64,000 nucleotides of DNA, taken from positions 128,001 to 192,000 of the forward strand of contig JBGSVZ010000038.1 of the NCBI GenBank assembly GCA_041752695.1, given 5' to 3'. Below, one piece after another: positions 1 to 10,007 of the stretch (positions are counted from its first letter, which is position 1; each line of letters opens with the position of its first letter). The translations under genes were made by a program, and so were the position numbers. Under the pieces are notes generated by a model. That model had not been told where the DNA came from. It saw only the letters and a list, made by a program, of their open reading frames with translations, and did not search any database. The stretch is from Terrimicrobiaceae bacterium. GTDB taxonomy: Bacteria; Verrucomicrobiota; Verrucomicrobiia; Chthoniobacterales; Terrimicrobiaceae.

Positions 1-276
1 CTCGATAAAAACGCCGTAGAAACCGCGCTCAAGTCCCTGACCGACACGCTGGTTTCCTTCACCGCACAGAACAACATCACCCGCGTGGATCTCAGAATCA
101 CCGGTAAAGCCTCGCACCTCTCCGGGACCATCCGGGCAGGCCGGGGCGGTCACGAGATCCAGGCGACCTACGAGACCCAAGCGGTGCCCGCAGGAGCCCT
201 AACAGAGGCACTGGAGGAAAAACCCAAGGCCACCCGCAAACGCAAAGTTGCAACCACAGAAGCACCGACAGAATGA
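1..276 (+). CDS. Phage hypothetical protein (5'-truncated by window edge)
   Basis: Frame +1 is open from base 1 to TGA at 274-276, which overlaps the next ATG (ATGA). Confidence 0.65.
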   Translation, partial: LDKNAVETALKSLTDTLVSFTAQNNITRVDLRITGKASHLSGTIRAGRGGHEIQATYETQAVPAGALTEALEEKPKATRKRKVATTEAPTE

Positions 277-647
277 ACGAAACACCCCACATCGCGTTGA
301 TGGACACGCTGGAAGAGCCAAAGCGTTTCCGTCCCGACAACACCCCAAACCTCTCGCGTCACAAGGCCCGGATGGGAGCGCCTGGAAAGAAGCCAACGCA
401 AGGCACAAAAGGTGCTTTCGGGAAGGCAAAGAACCTCCCCAAGGACTACGTCTTGAAGGCGGCCCTTTCCCGCCTCGGACGGAAGGCTTGGATCCAGCTC
501 AACGTACAAGGGTTTCTCTCCGAACCAACACGCGAGGAACTGAACGCCATTGCGCCGGGGCTGGCCGATACGGTCCTTGAGAAGCTTACCATGAGGAAGC
601 GGCTGCTTGCCGCACAGAAGGCCGCCACGGTGAAGGAGACAGCATGA
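273..647 (+). CDS. Phage hypothetical protein, basic
   Basis: 124 aa ORF with ATGA overlaps at both ends. Confidence 0.7.
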   Translation: MNETPHIALMDTLEEPKRFRPDNTPNLSRHKARMGAPGKKPTQGTKGAFGKAKNLPKDYVLKAALSRLGRKAWIQLNVQGFLSEPTREELNAIAPGLADTVLEKLTMRKRLLAAQKAATVKETA

Positions 648-841
648 AAGCGAGCGAACTAATCAAAGCACTAGAGACAGCAATCCAAGAACACGGGGAC
701 CTTCCGGCCGTTATACAAGACTACGAGTATGGCGATCACAACCACGTTGAAGGAGTGAAACCGGAAGGATTCCTAGTCGCATCATACAGCAAAGACAGAA
801 CAGGAGAGAACGAACCCGTCCTAGAGATATCTATTGGGTGA
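644..841 (+). CDS. Small phage hypothetical protein
   Basis: 65 aa; MKASELIKALE...HGDLP N-terminus typical of small phage proteins; ATGA-coupled. Confidence 0.7.
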   Translation: MKASELIKALETAIQEHGDLPAVIQDYEYGDHNHVEGVKPEGFLVASYSKDRTGENEPVLEISIG

Positions 842-1027
842 GGATGGGTTTCCCCACCCCCGGGCTCCTCTGGCGTCTGTGGATGAAATGAAAATCGGGT
901 GACCAATTTCCCCAAGGCCCCACCCCCCGGGGGGTAAGGAATCTTTTCCCCATACCCGGTGAGGATGGGTTTCCCCACCCCGGGGGTTCTCACGTGCTTG
1001 CAACAAAAACCGATTCAGGGTGACCCA
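837..1027. repeat. Candidate packaging-initiation (cos-like) region: two 24-bp direct repeats flanking a 14-bp palindrome
   Basis: GGTGAGGATGGGTTTCCCCACCCC at 837-860 and 958-981; GGGTGACC at 897 and 1018 (same 121-bp offset); ACCCCCCGGGGGGT at 922-935; lies upstream of the small terminase gene. Confidence 0.55.
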
Positions 1028-1284
1028 CGTTTGATGATACTGAGTTCAAATTCAACATCACCCACCGAGGCGGTAATACTCGCGTCCAAGGCAGCGATTG
1101 CCGCGTCTTCGAGGTCTAAGACCCTGGGCGTCGTCTTAGCGTAGGAATGACCTTTGTCGTCTCGACCCCAATCCAACTTCACGGGAGCCCCATCGACCTT
1201 CATGGTCTGAGAGAGGACTACAACCTTAGAGTGGCCTGTAAAAATTGGAGAGGAACTGAAATCATCGTGGCGGTTGTTGGGCAT
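1015..1284 (-). CDS. Hypothetical protein, reverse-strand (moron-like)
   Basis: 89 aa from ATG at 1284; preceded on the minus strand by TTGTTT-N17-CAATCT-N8-ATG. Confidence 0.45.
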   Translation of the reverse strand: MPNNRHDDFSSSPIFTGHSKVVVLSQTMKVDGAPVKLDWGRDDKGHSYAKTTPRVLDLEDAAIAALDASITASVGDVEFELSIIKRGSP

Positions 1285-1345
1285 AGTCGGCCAGATTGAT
1301 TGCCTCTGCCAAAGAAAACAAGCCCTTTGACTCCCTGCCTTGGGT

Positions 1346-1855
1346 ATGCCAAAGGCCAAAGCGCACACCCTCGCCGCCATCGCGAAAGTTTCGGGGATCT
1401 CACGGAAAACCGTCCAGGAAGTATTCTCCCAACCCGGGGCACCGTCCCGGACAGGCGCACTAGAAGACCTTGTCGCCTACTTGCGGAAGGCCGCGTCTGG
1501 GGCCGTCGAATTGCCGGGGGATCTCGCAGAGCAATCCATCCTCATCAAGTTTGAGACCTCGAAACACAGGCGGGACGAAAAGCGCGAGGCCGCCGAAAAG
1601 CTACGCCTCTGGAACCTAGAAAAAAAAGGACAGCTCGTTGAAAGGTCCGAAGTTCGCGCACACGGGGCCGCCCTCGGTATCCTCCTTTCCTCGACGATTT
1701 CGGGTTGGGTGAAAGACCTCCCCACCATCCTCAACGGCAAAGGCGAACGGGAGATGACCTTGATCCTGAAAGACAAAGGCGACGCCCTCATTGCGCAAAT
1801 CCGCGACGCCATCACGAAGGCTGGAAAGGTGAAGGGGGCGAGCAAGGATGAATGA
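1346..1855 (+). CDS. Terminase small subunit (Nu1-like)
   Basis: N-terminal HTH-like segment (LAAIAKVSGISRKTV), central coiled coil, overlaps the large terminase start. Confidence 0.75.
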   Translation: MPKAKAHTLAAIAKVSGISRKTVQEVFSQPGAPSRTGALEDLVAYLRKAASGAVELPGDLAEQSILIKFETSKHRRDEKREAAEKLRLWNLEKKGQLVERSEVRAHGAALGILLSSTISGWVKDLPTILNGKGEREMTLILKDKGDALIAQIRDAITKAGKVKGASKDE

Positions 1856-3734
1856 CCTCCTCGAAGGGATACTCCAAGAGCTGAAGCAACCCGACCGCCG
1901 GCCGATTTCCGAATGGGCTGCGGACGGGAACGTTATCCTCCCGCACTCGAAGCGGTGCCGCGAGTTTCGCTTGGATACCGCGCCATGGTTGCTAGAGCCG
2001 TTGGACTCCATCCCGTTCAACGAATTTTCCTCGATCTGCAAATGCACCCAAGGCGGAGGGACTACCGTCTATGAGGTTTATCTCGCCTGGCTGATTGCAA
2101 ACGCTCCGGTGGACGCCTCGCTCGCCTGCCAGACCGACCCGGACGCGGAACGGATGTTGGAAGAGAAGATCCTCCCGACCCTGAAGGCGAGCCCCGCGAC
2201 AGTGGCGGCCCTCGCCGCTGCGGGACGGAACGACATCACAAAAAACAAAATCAAGTTGGGGAACATGGTATTCCGAGTGCATGGCGTCGGACTCAACTCC
2301 CTTCAATCCGCCTCCCTCGAAGTTTTCATCGGAGACGAATGCTGGCGCTTCGATCTGGGAACTATCCTCGAAATCATCGAACGAACTTCGACCCGCGAGG
2401 CCACGCGGCAAATCGTCATGGTCTCCCAGGCCGGGGAAGAGGAGGTCGATAAAAACGGCCGCGCCATGTGGGACGAATGGGGAGAACACTGGCACAAAGG
2501 CACCCAAGAAATTTACAAAGTCCGCTGCCCTCACTGCCCTACTTATTTCGAGATAGAGACCTCGCACGTGACGGCAGACGAAGTCGCCCGTGACCCCAAA
2601 ACAAAAGTCTGGGACTGGACGAAAGTCCGCGCCACAGCCAAGCTTACAACGCCTTGCTGCAACCGCGTGATCCGAAACACGGAAGCCAACCGTCGCGCCC
2701 TCTCCGCCTCGGGAAAGTATTTCGCGACGAACCCCAACCCAACCCCCCGCCACCGGTCCTTCCGGTTCTCGGCCTGGGTCGTTTACTGGCAAGACTGGGG
2801 CGGCCTCTTGGAGATGTTCCTGCGTGCGCAAGACGCCTTGCAAAGGGGGAATATCGAGCCTCTCAAAATCTGGACCCAGAAAAAGGAAGCCCGGTGGTGG
2901 GAATTGAGGATGAGAGAGGCTCCGGTGATTTCAAACCGGGAGCCATCGGGATACACCCAGGCGACCTACTGGCCTTTCGACAAGCCATACCCCAAGAACT
3001 CAAAAGACACGGTATGGGGGAAGCAACTGGAAAAAGAGAAAGTCCCGCGCTGGTCCGCACTGGATCCAGAAACCCAAAAGGTCGTCTCTATTGAGACTGG
3101 CCGCCTCATGACGATAGACCGGCAGACGGACTGCCTGAAGGTCGTCATCCGCGTTTACTCCCCGCTCGGATCTCGCCTGCTACTTTTCCGCACGGTGTAT
3201 TCGTGGGCACAAGCGAGGGAGCTGCAACTTGCCTACCGCGTGCCAAATTCTTTTGTGGGAGCGGACTCCGGCGACCAACCCCAAGACGTCTATGAGCAAT
3301 GCCACAAATACGGGTGGTTTGCACTGAGAGGTTCATCCTCGAACAGGTGGAAACACCCCGCAAAAAGGAAACACGATATACCTCTCACAAAGCCGTATTC
3401 CCCTCCCCAAAAAGGCGACATCGCGAGATCGCGAGACGGCGCCTTCGCGTGGTACCACGATTGGTCGAACTTGGTCTTCAAAGACATCCTCTCTTACAAA
3501 GTGGCGAGGGATAAATCGTGGGAGATCCCAGACGACGCGGAAGAGGAATACCAAAAATCACTGCACTCCGAGGCGAAAGATTCGAAGACAGGGATATACA
3601 AAAAAGTTGGTGAACGCCCCAACCACGCATGGGACGGCGAGAACATGCAGCTCGTGCTGGCCTGTCTAACGGGAACCATCGCAGACATCGCAATGGACTT
3701 GGAAAGCACAGAAGACGAGGAAGTCGACGCGTAG
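1848..3734 (+). CDS. Terminase large subunit, lambda GpA family
   Basis: ISEWA N-terminus, Walker A-like KCTQGGGT, Walker B FIGDE, CPHC zinc motif, C-terminal NHAWD nuclease motif. Confidence 0.92.
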   Translation: MNDLLEGILQELKQPDRRPISEWAADGNVILPHSKRCREFRLDTAPWLLEPLDSIPFNEFSSICKCTQGGGTTVYEVYLAWLIANAPVDASLACQTDPDAERMLEEKILPTLKASPATVAALAAAGRNDITKNKIKLGNMVFRVHGVGLNSLQSASLEVFIGDECWRFDLGTILEIIERTSTREATRQIVMVSQAGEEEVDKNGRAMWDEWGEHWHKGTQEIYKVRCPHCPTYFEIETSHVTADEVARDPKTKVWDWTKVRATAKLTTPCCNRVIRNTEANRRALSASGKYFATNPNPTPRHRSFRFSAWVVYWQDWGGLLEMFLRAQDALQRGNIEPLKIWTQKKEARWWELRMREAPVISNREPSGYTQATYWPFDKPYPKNSKDTVWGKQLEKEKVPRWSALDPETQKVVSIETGRLMTIDRQTDCLKVVIRVYSPLGSRLLLFRTVYSWAQARELQLAYRVPNSFVGADSGDQPQDVYEQCHKYGWFALRGSSSNRWKHPAKRKHDIPLTKPYSPPQKGDIARSRDGAFAWYHDWSNLVFKDILSYKVARDKSWEIPDDAEEEYQKSLHSEAKDSKTGIYKKVGERPNHAWDGENMQLVLACLTGTIADIAMDLESTEDEEVDA

Positions 3735-3762
3735 GCGAAAGATTGACGGGACGGCCATCAGC

Positions 3763-4047
3763 ATGGCCAACGCAACCGGCGCGAGAGTTCGCGCAGTCCT
3801 CACTTACTACCGCGTCAAATACACGACGCGGGCCGCACAGATAACCGCCCTGAAGGCGGATTACCTGGCTGCATTTGAAACCACCGAGGCCCAAGGCGGG
3901 AAGACTCTGACCAACTTTGCGGCGGACGGACAGACCATGGGTTGGGCGGTTGGGCTGAACCGTGACGAACGCCTCGACGCCATGGCGCAGGCGCTGGAGA
4001 TCCTCGAAAACAACGCCTCCGGGTGGGGACAAGGGAGGATCCAGTAA
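3763..4047 (+). CDS. Putative head-tail joining protein (gpW position)
   Basis: 94 aa ORF between large terminase and portal; assigned by synteny with lambda-like phages. Confidence 0.55.
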   Translation: MANATGARVRAVLTYYRVKYTTRAAQITALKADYLAAFETTEAQGGKTLTNFAADGQTMGWAVGLNRDERLDAMAQALEILENNASGWGQGRIQ

Positions 4048-5609
4048 TGCCTGAGATCAATCCAGTCCTGTTGTATGGTCCAGATGGGTTTCCGGTCTCG
4101 ACAAAGAAGTTTTTGAACGCCACCCAAAACGGCCCCAACGTCGAGCCGTGGCCTACGCTGTTTGAAGACATCAACAAATCCGTCCCGGTCTATGACAGGC
4201 ACTTCCTTGTTTCGGCGTCGCGCAAACTTTACGCCAACGTGGGTTTCGTGCGCGAGGCCTGCGACGCACGGGCGATCTGCTCTGTAGGCAACGCCTGGCT
4301 TCCCAAATACCAAGGCTCCGACCCAAAAGGAAAAGCGGCCGAAAAATGGTTACGGGACGAATGGCTTTCCAACTGCGAAATTCGCGGGGCGGAGTATGAC
4401 TGGCAAACCGCCCTCTACCTCGAATCCACGAACATGGATCATAGCGGGGACATCGGCGTCTTGCTCACCTACAAAGGCGACAAGGATTACCCGTGGCCTT
4501 GCTTCCAACTTGTGCCTGCGCACCGGGTGCGGTTTCGCTCTGGTCTCTCCACGGGCGTAGTGACTGGCGACGAATGCGAAGGAGCTGCGGCTTACAAAGG
4601 CCGTGCGCACGAGGACGGGGTAATCTTCGGAGACTACGGAGACCCCGTGGCCTACGCCTTGTTGGGCGAGACAGCCGCGCAAGACAAGGTGGTTTCCACC
4701 TGGAATTTCATCCTCCTCAAAGAGCCTATGTTCGTCGGGCAGGCTCGAAGTTTCCCCATTTTCTTCCATGCCATCCGGGAGGCCCGGACGCATATGAAGG
4801 CATCCGAGTACGAAGAGTTTGCCTCGCTGGTGGCGTCCTCTATCGCCCTCACGGAAGACAACGAGACTGGCGGGCCGGAGACACCTAAGATTTCCACAGC
4901 GGACCCCAACGACGTAAATGCGACGCCCACGGTAAACCCTTCGGGGATCACCGCACAAAGCCTTTACGGCGGTCTGATCCGGTATTTCCGGGCGAACTCC
5001 GGAGCGAACCTAAAGGCATTCACCAGCTCCCGTCCCGGGCCAGCCTGGGAGAGTTTCCAAAACCGCCTGGCTCAAATTGCGTGTGCGCCGGTGTGGCCTG
5101 TTGAGCTAATTTTGAGCATGGCGGGAATCCCCGGCCCCGGCGTGAGATCCATCCAAGGCCGCGCAAGACGCCTTGTGAAAGATCGCCAAAGTCTCCTGCG
5201 GAAGGTGGCAATCCGAAAAGTCACCTTCGCCGTTGCCATCGCCATGAAGACGGGGCGAATCGAACGGTTCTCCGACTGGATGAATTGGGGTTTCGTCATG
5301 CCCCCACTGCTAACCATCGACGACGGCAGGGACGCTGCGGCCCGCCTGAACGATTACTTCGCGGGTATCACAAACCTGACCGAAATCCTTGCGGAAGAGG
5401 GCGGAGAGCTGGAACCGCACCTCTACGAACGCGCCCGCGAAATCGGCCGGCGAGAGCAAATCCGCGTGGAAGTCGAAAAAGAAATGGGCGTGCCAATTCC
5501 GAAAGAGGAAATGGCCCGGCCCCCGGCTGGATCGGCTCCGGTCGAACCCGCCAAGGAGGAAGAGCCCCCCAAAAAGAAAGATGACAAGGAGACTACAGAC
5601 GATGAATGA
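4047..5609 (+). CDS. Portal protein, lambda family
   Basis: About 520 aa, TAATG-coupled start; SRKLYAN, DGVIFGDYGDPVAY and GQARSFP segments resemble lambda-type portals; synteny. Confidence 0.85.
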   Translation: MPEINPVLLYGPDGFPVSTKKFLNATQNGPNVEPWPTLFEDINKSVPVYDRHFLVSASRKLYANVGFVREACDARAICSVGNAWLPKYQGSDPKGKAAEKWLRDEWLSNCEIRGAEYDWQTALYLESTNMDHSGDIGVLLTYKGDKDYPWPCFQLVPAHRVRFRSGLSTGVVTGDECEGAAAYKGRAHEDGVIFGDYGDPVAYALLGETAAQDKVVSTWNFILLKEPMFVGQARSFPIFFHAIREARTHMKASEYEEFASLVASSIALTEDNETGGPETPKISTADPNDVNATPTVNPSGITAQSLYGGLIRYFRANSGANLKAFTSSRPGPAWESFQNRLAQIACAPVWPVELILSMAGIPGPGVRSIQGRARRLVKDRQSLLRKVAIRKVTFAVAIAMKTGRIERFSDWMNWGFVMPPLLTIDDGRDAAARLNDYFAGITNLTEILAEEGGELEPHLYERAREIGRREQIRVEVEKEMGVPIPKEEMARPPAGSAPVEPAKEEEPPKKKDDKETTDDE

Positions 5610-6408
5610 CATGCTGATCATGCCGCAATACGCGGCTCAAATGGCCGCGCAAGTGGCGGAAATGAAACCCTACGTACTCGAAGGGAAGCAACTCACGTGG
5701 GCCGATCTTTTCAGAATGCGACGCCCTACCGCGATTGATGAAAACGGCATCGCCAACGTCCACCTTTACGGCCTTATGGGGGCGAAATGGGACGGGATTT
5801 ACAAACTCCTCGGGATCGTCACGGACTACGACGACCTCGCGCAAGAGTTGAACGCGCTGGCCACGGATAAGCGTGTCATCGGCATTTTCCTCGACAACGA
5901 ATCTGGTGGCGGCAAAGCCCTGGGAGCCCCTGAAATGGCGGACGTGGTTACGGCCGTCGCCGGGATCAAACCAATCCTCTCTTACACGGACACCTACTCC
6001 GCCTCCGCCTGCTATTACCTCGGCTGCGGAGCCTCGGCGTTCTACGCCTCACGTTCTGCAATCGTGGGATCAATCGGAACCCGGGTGGACTGGCTCACTT
6101 GGGCCGGTTACTTGGAAAAACTCGGCATCAAACCCGTCGAGCTGACCTCGACAGGATCAACTCTCAAGGGCGTAGGATCTCCGCACCGCGAACCCACGGC
6201 GGAAGAACTCGCCTTTATCCAGGCGAACATGGACGCCACGAATGCGGCTTTCATTTCGCATGTGAAGGCGGCCCGCCCTGGCATTGACGAGGAAGTTTTC
6301 AAAGCCGGTTTCTACTCGGGAGAAAAAGCAATCGAGTTGGGCTTGATCGACGCCCTGGCAACACGACAGGAAGCCTACGAAGACCTCCTCGCGCTGGCAA
6401 AGAGTTGA
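5602..6408 (+). CDS. Head maturation protease, S49 (SppA-like) family
   Basis: LDNESGGG, SASACYYL, VGSIG and AIELGLID motifs. Confidence 0.9.
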   Translation: MNDMLIMPQYAAQMAAQVAEMKPYVLEGKQLTWADLFRMRRPTAIDENGIANVHLYGLMGAKWDGIYKLLGIVTDYDDLAQELNALATDKRVIGIFLDNESGGGKALGAPEMADVVTAVAGIKPILSYTDTYSASACYYLGCGASAFYASRSAIVGSIGTRVDWLTWAGYLEKLGIKPVELTSTGSTLKGVGSPHREPTAEELAFIQANMDATNAAFISHVKAARPGIDEEVFKAGFYSGEKAIELGLIDALATRQEAYEDLLALAKS

Positions 6409-6424
6409 CGCACAAAAGACCTGT

Positions 6425-6910
6425 ATGACTCCAATTCAGTCTCTACTCCAAAAACTCGGCATCCTCACTGAAAAGGTAGAGGCCATCGAGAAAACCCAGA
6501 ATCTCACCCCAAAACAGGGAGACAAAAAAGATGAAAATACAACCGACAAAGACGGCGACGGGGAAGGTGCTGGAGACGGCAACGGAACCGAAGGAAACGG
6601 AGACGACAAAGACAAAGACGGAGAAGAGCAAGCCCTCGGCGAAGCGCTCCAAGCCATCGAAGGACTGACCCAAAAGGTTACCTCGCTGGAGACCGGTTTC
6701 GCCACCTACAAGGCGGACCTGGACAAGTCTTTCAACGCCCGGGTGGACGCTGCTGCGCAAGAGAAGCTCGCCTCCGGGGCGGGAACTCCCCTTCAAACCG
6801 GCCCCGCGACAAAAGAAGATCGCGGTTCCCTCTCCACCAAAGGCCTCAAAGGTCGCGCCCTTACCGTTGCCTCCCTCGAATCTGAAAAGGCCGCTGCAAC
6901 CAAGAAGTAA
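6425..6910 (+). CDS. Putative capsid scaffolding protein
   Basis: Acidic low-complexity region plus coiled coil, located between protease and capsid genes. Confidence 0.6.
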   Translation: MTPIQSLLQKLGILTEKVEAIEKTQNLTPKQGDKKDENTTDKDGDGEGAGDGNGTEGNGDDKDKDGEEQALGEALQAIEGLTQKVTSLETGFATYKADLDKSFNARVDAAAQEKLASGAGTPLQTGPATKEDRGSLSTKGLKGRALTVASLESEKAAATKK

Positions 6911-6948
6911 TCAACCCCCCAAATTGACACCCCGAAGAAAGTAAAATT

Positions 6949-7911
6949 ATGGCAATCCTAACTGGAACAATGCGAGACGTGGCGGCCCTGCAAGGCCGTG
7001 ACAAAGTGGTTGGCGTCCTTGATGAGGTGCTTGGGAGCTTTCCTGAGCTGAACTCCATCCCGGGCCGCACGATCAACGGAACGACCTTCAAAGTCACCAT
7101 GCGTCGGAACAACCCCAAGGGTGGTTTCCGTCGCGCCAATGGCGGTGTCACCGTGGGAGCCGCTGGCTATTACGAGAAATTCGTCCAATGCTTCATTTAC
7201 GAAAACCCCATCATCGCAGACGCGAGCGTGGCGGAAGCGAATGAAGACGGACGTGAAGATTATCTCGCCGCACGTTCCGAGGAACATGCCGCTGGCGCTT
7301 TCGAAGGCCTCGGCGAACAAGTCTACTACGGCGAGGACAGCGAAGACGAACTCGGGTTCCCCGGCCTCAAAGCCCTCTGCGAAGATGAGAACCGCGTGAA
7401 CGCGACAGGCGCAAACGACGCGACGGCCTCCACCGCTTACCTCGTGCGAATCGGCACGGACGGTGTCCAGTTCCTCTTCGGAAATGGTCGCGGTCTGGAT
7501 ATCCCCGAGTTCCGCGAACAGGCAATGCCTGATCCTTCGGACGCCACGAAGATCATCCCCCGCGCTCTCGTGAGCCCCATGGGCCTTTGGATCGGCCTCC
7601 AAGCCATCCACCCCAAATGCATCGTTAAGGTCAACAACCTCAACACCGCAGCGGGCAAAGGCATGACCGACGCCCTCGGACAGGCCGCCCTGGAACTCAT
7701 GCCCGCCGGGTTCCGCAACGACAAAGCCCGCCTCCGCTGGCTTATGAACGGCCGCACAGTCGGACAGGTGCAAACCTCCCGCACTGCGGTGTCCCAAGTG
7801 GCCTACAAAAACGGTGCCGTGGCTGACCGCCCCACCGAAATCCACGGGATCCAAATCATCGAAACCGACTCCATCAAAATTGGGGCCGCTGAATACGAAG
7901 TGTTCGCGTAA
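6949..7911 (+). CDS. Major capsid protein
   Basis: 320 aa; GFRRANGG, GFPGL and C-terminal HGIQIIETDSI segments typical of capsid proteins; synteny. Confidence 0.85.
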   Translation: MAILTGTMRDVAALQGRDKVVGVLDEVLGSFPELNSIPGRTINGTTFKVTMRRNNPKGGFRRANGGVTVGAAGYYEKFVQCFIYENPIIADASVAEANEDGREDYLAARSEEHAAGAFEGLGEQVYYGEDSEDELGFPGLKALCEDENRVNATGANDATASTAYLVRIGTDGVQFLFGNGRGLDIPEFREQAMPDPSDATKIIPRALVSPMGLWIGLQAIHPKCIVKVNNLNTAAGKGMTDALGQAALELMPAGFRNDKARLRWLMNGRTVGQVQTSRTAVSQVAYKNGAVADRPTEIHGIQIIETDSIKIGAAEYEVFA

Positions 7912-7946
7912 TCGAAACCTCAAACGAAAGAGAAAGACCCAAAATT

Positions 7947-8348
7947 ATGATCGGAGCACGAAACATCGAAGACGAAAACTTCTACGTCGAAAAGGCGGTG
8001 GCCGCTGCGGCTGCCACTGCCTACACGGATTCCCTGGACCTTGTCGGAGAAAAGTTCTTCGCAGAGAACATCGAATTCATCGTCGGACACGAGGCACTTC
8101 CTGACTTGGTGGACGATAAAACCCTCACCTTGTCCCTCGAACAGAGTGACGACAACGTCACTTTCGAGGCACACGCGGACGTGGCGGCCCTTGTCACCAC
8201 GGGCGTGGACACTCCCGGTGCGGACGCGGCCCACAGCCGTTTCCGGCTCCCCTCGGGGACCAAACGATACATCCGAGCAAAGGGTGTGACGCTGGCCGCT
8301 GCGGGCGACAACACCGCCGCGAAGTTCTACCTCAAAGCGAAATTCTAA
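7947..8348 (+). CDS. Putative capsid cement/decoration protein (Bbp16-like)
   Basis: 133 aa beta-rich ORF after the capsid gene; TDSLDL, LEQSDDN..F and KRYIR motifs. Confidence 0.6.
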   Translation: MIGARNIEDENFYVEKAVAAAAATAYTDSLDLVGEKFFAENIEFIVGHEALPDLVDDKTLTLSLEQSDDNVTFEAHADVAALVTTGVDTPGADAAHSRFRLPSGTKRYIRAKGVTLAAAGDNTAAKFYLKAKF

Positions 8349-8351
8349 GAG

Positions 8352-8738
8352 GTGGCCGGAGAGCTGAAATCACAGATTTCGCTGACGTATCAGAAGGACG
8401 GGGTAAAGAAAGTAATTACCCCGGCCGACTCTCTGGTGGCGGTTGATATCGCAGACCCTATTGCGATTGATAACATCCAAGTCATCGGGACGGCTGGAGA
8501 AAATCTCTTGGTTGGCGACGTGGTAAATATCGCATTTATTTACGTCAAAAATTTGGACCAAACCAACTACGTCGAGGTTTACACCTCAGGAGCTTATGCG
8601 GGATACAAAAACCGCCTCCTCCCGGGCGAAGACATGTTAGTACGCAGGCCGAAATTCCCCGCAGACGCACTTGTCCCTTTCGGCGCACAGGCAAATACAG
8701 CCAACTGCAAAGTTCGGGTAGTCATAGGTAGTCTCTAA
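8352..8738 (+). CDS. Phage structural protein, hypothetical
   Basis: 128 aa, GTG start 3 nt after the previous stop; YVKNLDQTNYVEV motif. Confidence 0.7.
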   Translation: MAGELKSQISLTYQKDGVKKVITPADSLVAVDIADPIAIDNIQVIGTAGENLLVGDVVNIAFIYVKNLDQTNYVEVYTSGAYAGYKNRLLPGEDMLVRRPKFPADALVPFGAQANTANCKVRVVIGSL

Positions 8739-8761
8739 CAAATTCTGGTCGAGTGCATGGG

Positions 8762-8795
8762 CCGGGACTCTCTGAAAATGGGAGTCCCGGTTTTT
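8762..8795 (+). terminator. Rho-independent terminator
   Basis: CCGGGACTC...GAGTCCCGG stem followed by TTTTT. Confidence 0.8.
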
Positions 8796-8819
8796 GCGTT
8801 TTGACCTCGCCCCCTTACC

Positions 8820-9128
8820 ATGACACCTCGCGAAGAAGCCGCACAGGCCTTGCAAGAATGCGCCTCCCCAGACGTCGCCGGGGAATCCCTCTGGATCGGA
8901 GAGGCTGAGTACTTTGGCTTTTTTGGTCCCCCTCAAATTGGCCTCGAGTACATCCCAGGCAAAACCCTCCTGAAGGTCGAATTCACCGCCCTGATCCCAA
9001 AGGCGCAAATGCAAACCCAACCCGACCAAAACCTACCGTGCCAGGCCAAAGGGAAAAACCTCCGCATTGCCAAACTGGACGACGCCCACATTTCGTGGCG
9101 GTTGCATTTGACTAACGCCAAGGCGTAA
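8820..9128 (+). CDS. Putative head-tail adaptor
   Basis: 102 aa; assigned by synteny only. Confidence 0.5.
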   Translation: MTPREEAAQALQECASPDVAGESLWIGEAEYFGFFGPPQIGLEYIPGKTLLKVEFTALIPKAQMQTQPDQNLPCQAKGKNLRIAKLDDAHISWRLHLTNAKA

Positions 9129-9130
9129 CC

Positions 9131-9586
9131 ATGAACGCCATTGAATACGCTGTAGAGGAGGCTGTGATTGCCCTCCTCAAATTTCACGAAACCCTTGCAG
9201 ACAAGGAAATAACCCGCCACGACGACAACGCGGAAGACGAGGAGTTTGCGGGGATCATGGTTTCTGCGGAAGTTGAGAGTGCGGTCACCAGAAGCTCTAC
9301 AAACGCCCTGGGGCGCCGAGTTGATGACCTAGAGGTTTCGATAGATCTCCGAGGGCTTATCTTCGACGTGGACCATGCCACCGTTTCCGGCCTCTGGCGG
9401 GCCATCAACGACGCGCTCCTGAAACCGGAAGCCGGAGCTGCGGCCTTGCCTGAGTTTGCGCCAGAAACTACGTCCTTCCGAACCTTAGCGATTATGGGCG
9501 AGGTCACCTCGAAAAGAGAGGATCAGGAAGAGCGTAGAACACACGTTCGGATCTTCAAAATCCGCGCTGGGCTGGGCGTGAGTTGA
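9131..9586 (+). CDS. Putative tail completion/terminator protein
   Basis: 151 aa, directly before the tail tube candidate; assigned by synteny. Confidence 0.5.
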   Translation: MNAIEYAVEEAVIALLKFHETLADKEITRHDDNAEDEEFAGIMVSAEVESAVTRSSTNALGRRVDDLEVSIDLRGLIFDVDHATVSGLWRAINDALLKPEAGAAALPEFAPETTSFRTLAIMGEVTSKREDQEERRTHVRIFKIRAGLGVS

Positions 9587-9602
9587 CGCCTGAAAGGTCA
9601 GT

Positions 9603-9965
9603 ATGACAGTCTTAGTTAATCTCGACGGTTTCGATATGGGTCTCAGCGCAGACGAGACCGGCCTCAACATGGAGTCTTTCGAGCAAAAGACAGCCAAGAA
9701 AGAAATCGAAGTACCTAACCGCGTCGGAAATACGCGTGGCGTCGCCCTCTACGATATCCATTTGGAAGTCACCTGGAGCGGCGAAACCGTCGCTGACCCC
9801 ACAGACGAAATCGGCGACATCATCACGCTCCTCAACCTCGTTGCCCTCGGTGGCGTGGAAAGTGGCGCTGTCATCCTTTACGAGCTGACTCTCACCCTGG
9901 GGCGTGAAGCTATGCGGAAACTCTCCGGCATGGCTAAGCAATTCCCCGGCATCCCCGCCGTGTAA
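9603..9965 (+). CDS. Putative tail tube protein
   Basis: 120 aa beta-rich acidic protein followed by a terminator and the chaperone genes. Confidence 0.55.
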   Translation: MTVLVNLDGFDMGLSADETGLNMESFEQKTAKKEIEVPNRVGNTRGVALYDIHLEVTWSGETVADPTDEIGDIITLLNLVALGGVESGAVILYELTLTLGREAMRKLSGMAKQFPGIPAV

Positions 9966-9966
9966 A

Positions 9967-9996
9967 GCGGGGGGTAAAACCCCCGCCTCCCTTTTT
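9967..9996 (+). terminator. Rho-independent terminator
   Basis: GCGGGGG...CCCCCGC stem with a downstream T run. Confidence 0.6.
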
Positions 9997-10007
9997 ATCC
10001 CAATATC

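Noticed and set aside
5389..5601. Extended N-termini in the ORF track (5389, 4023, 15240, 15623, 20848, 27808, 62021)
   Set aside because: Downstream starts fit better with stop-start coupling, signal peptides or domain boundaries
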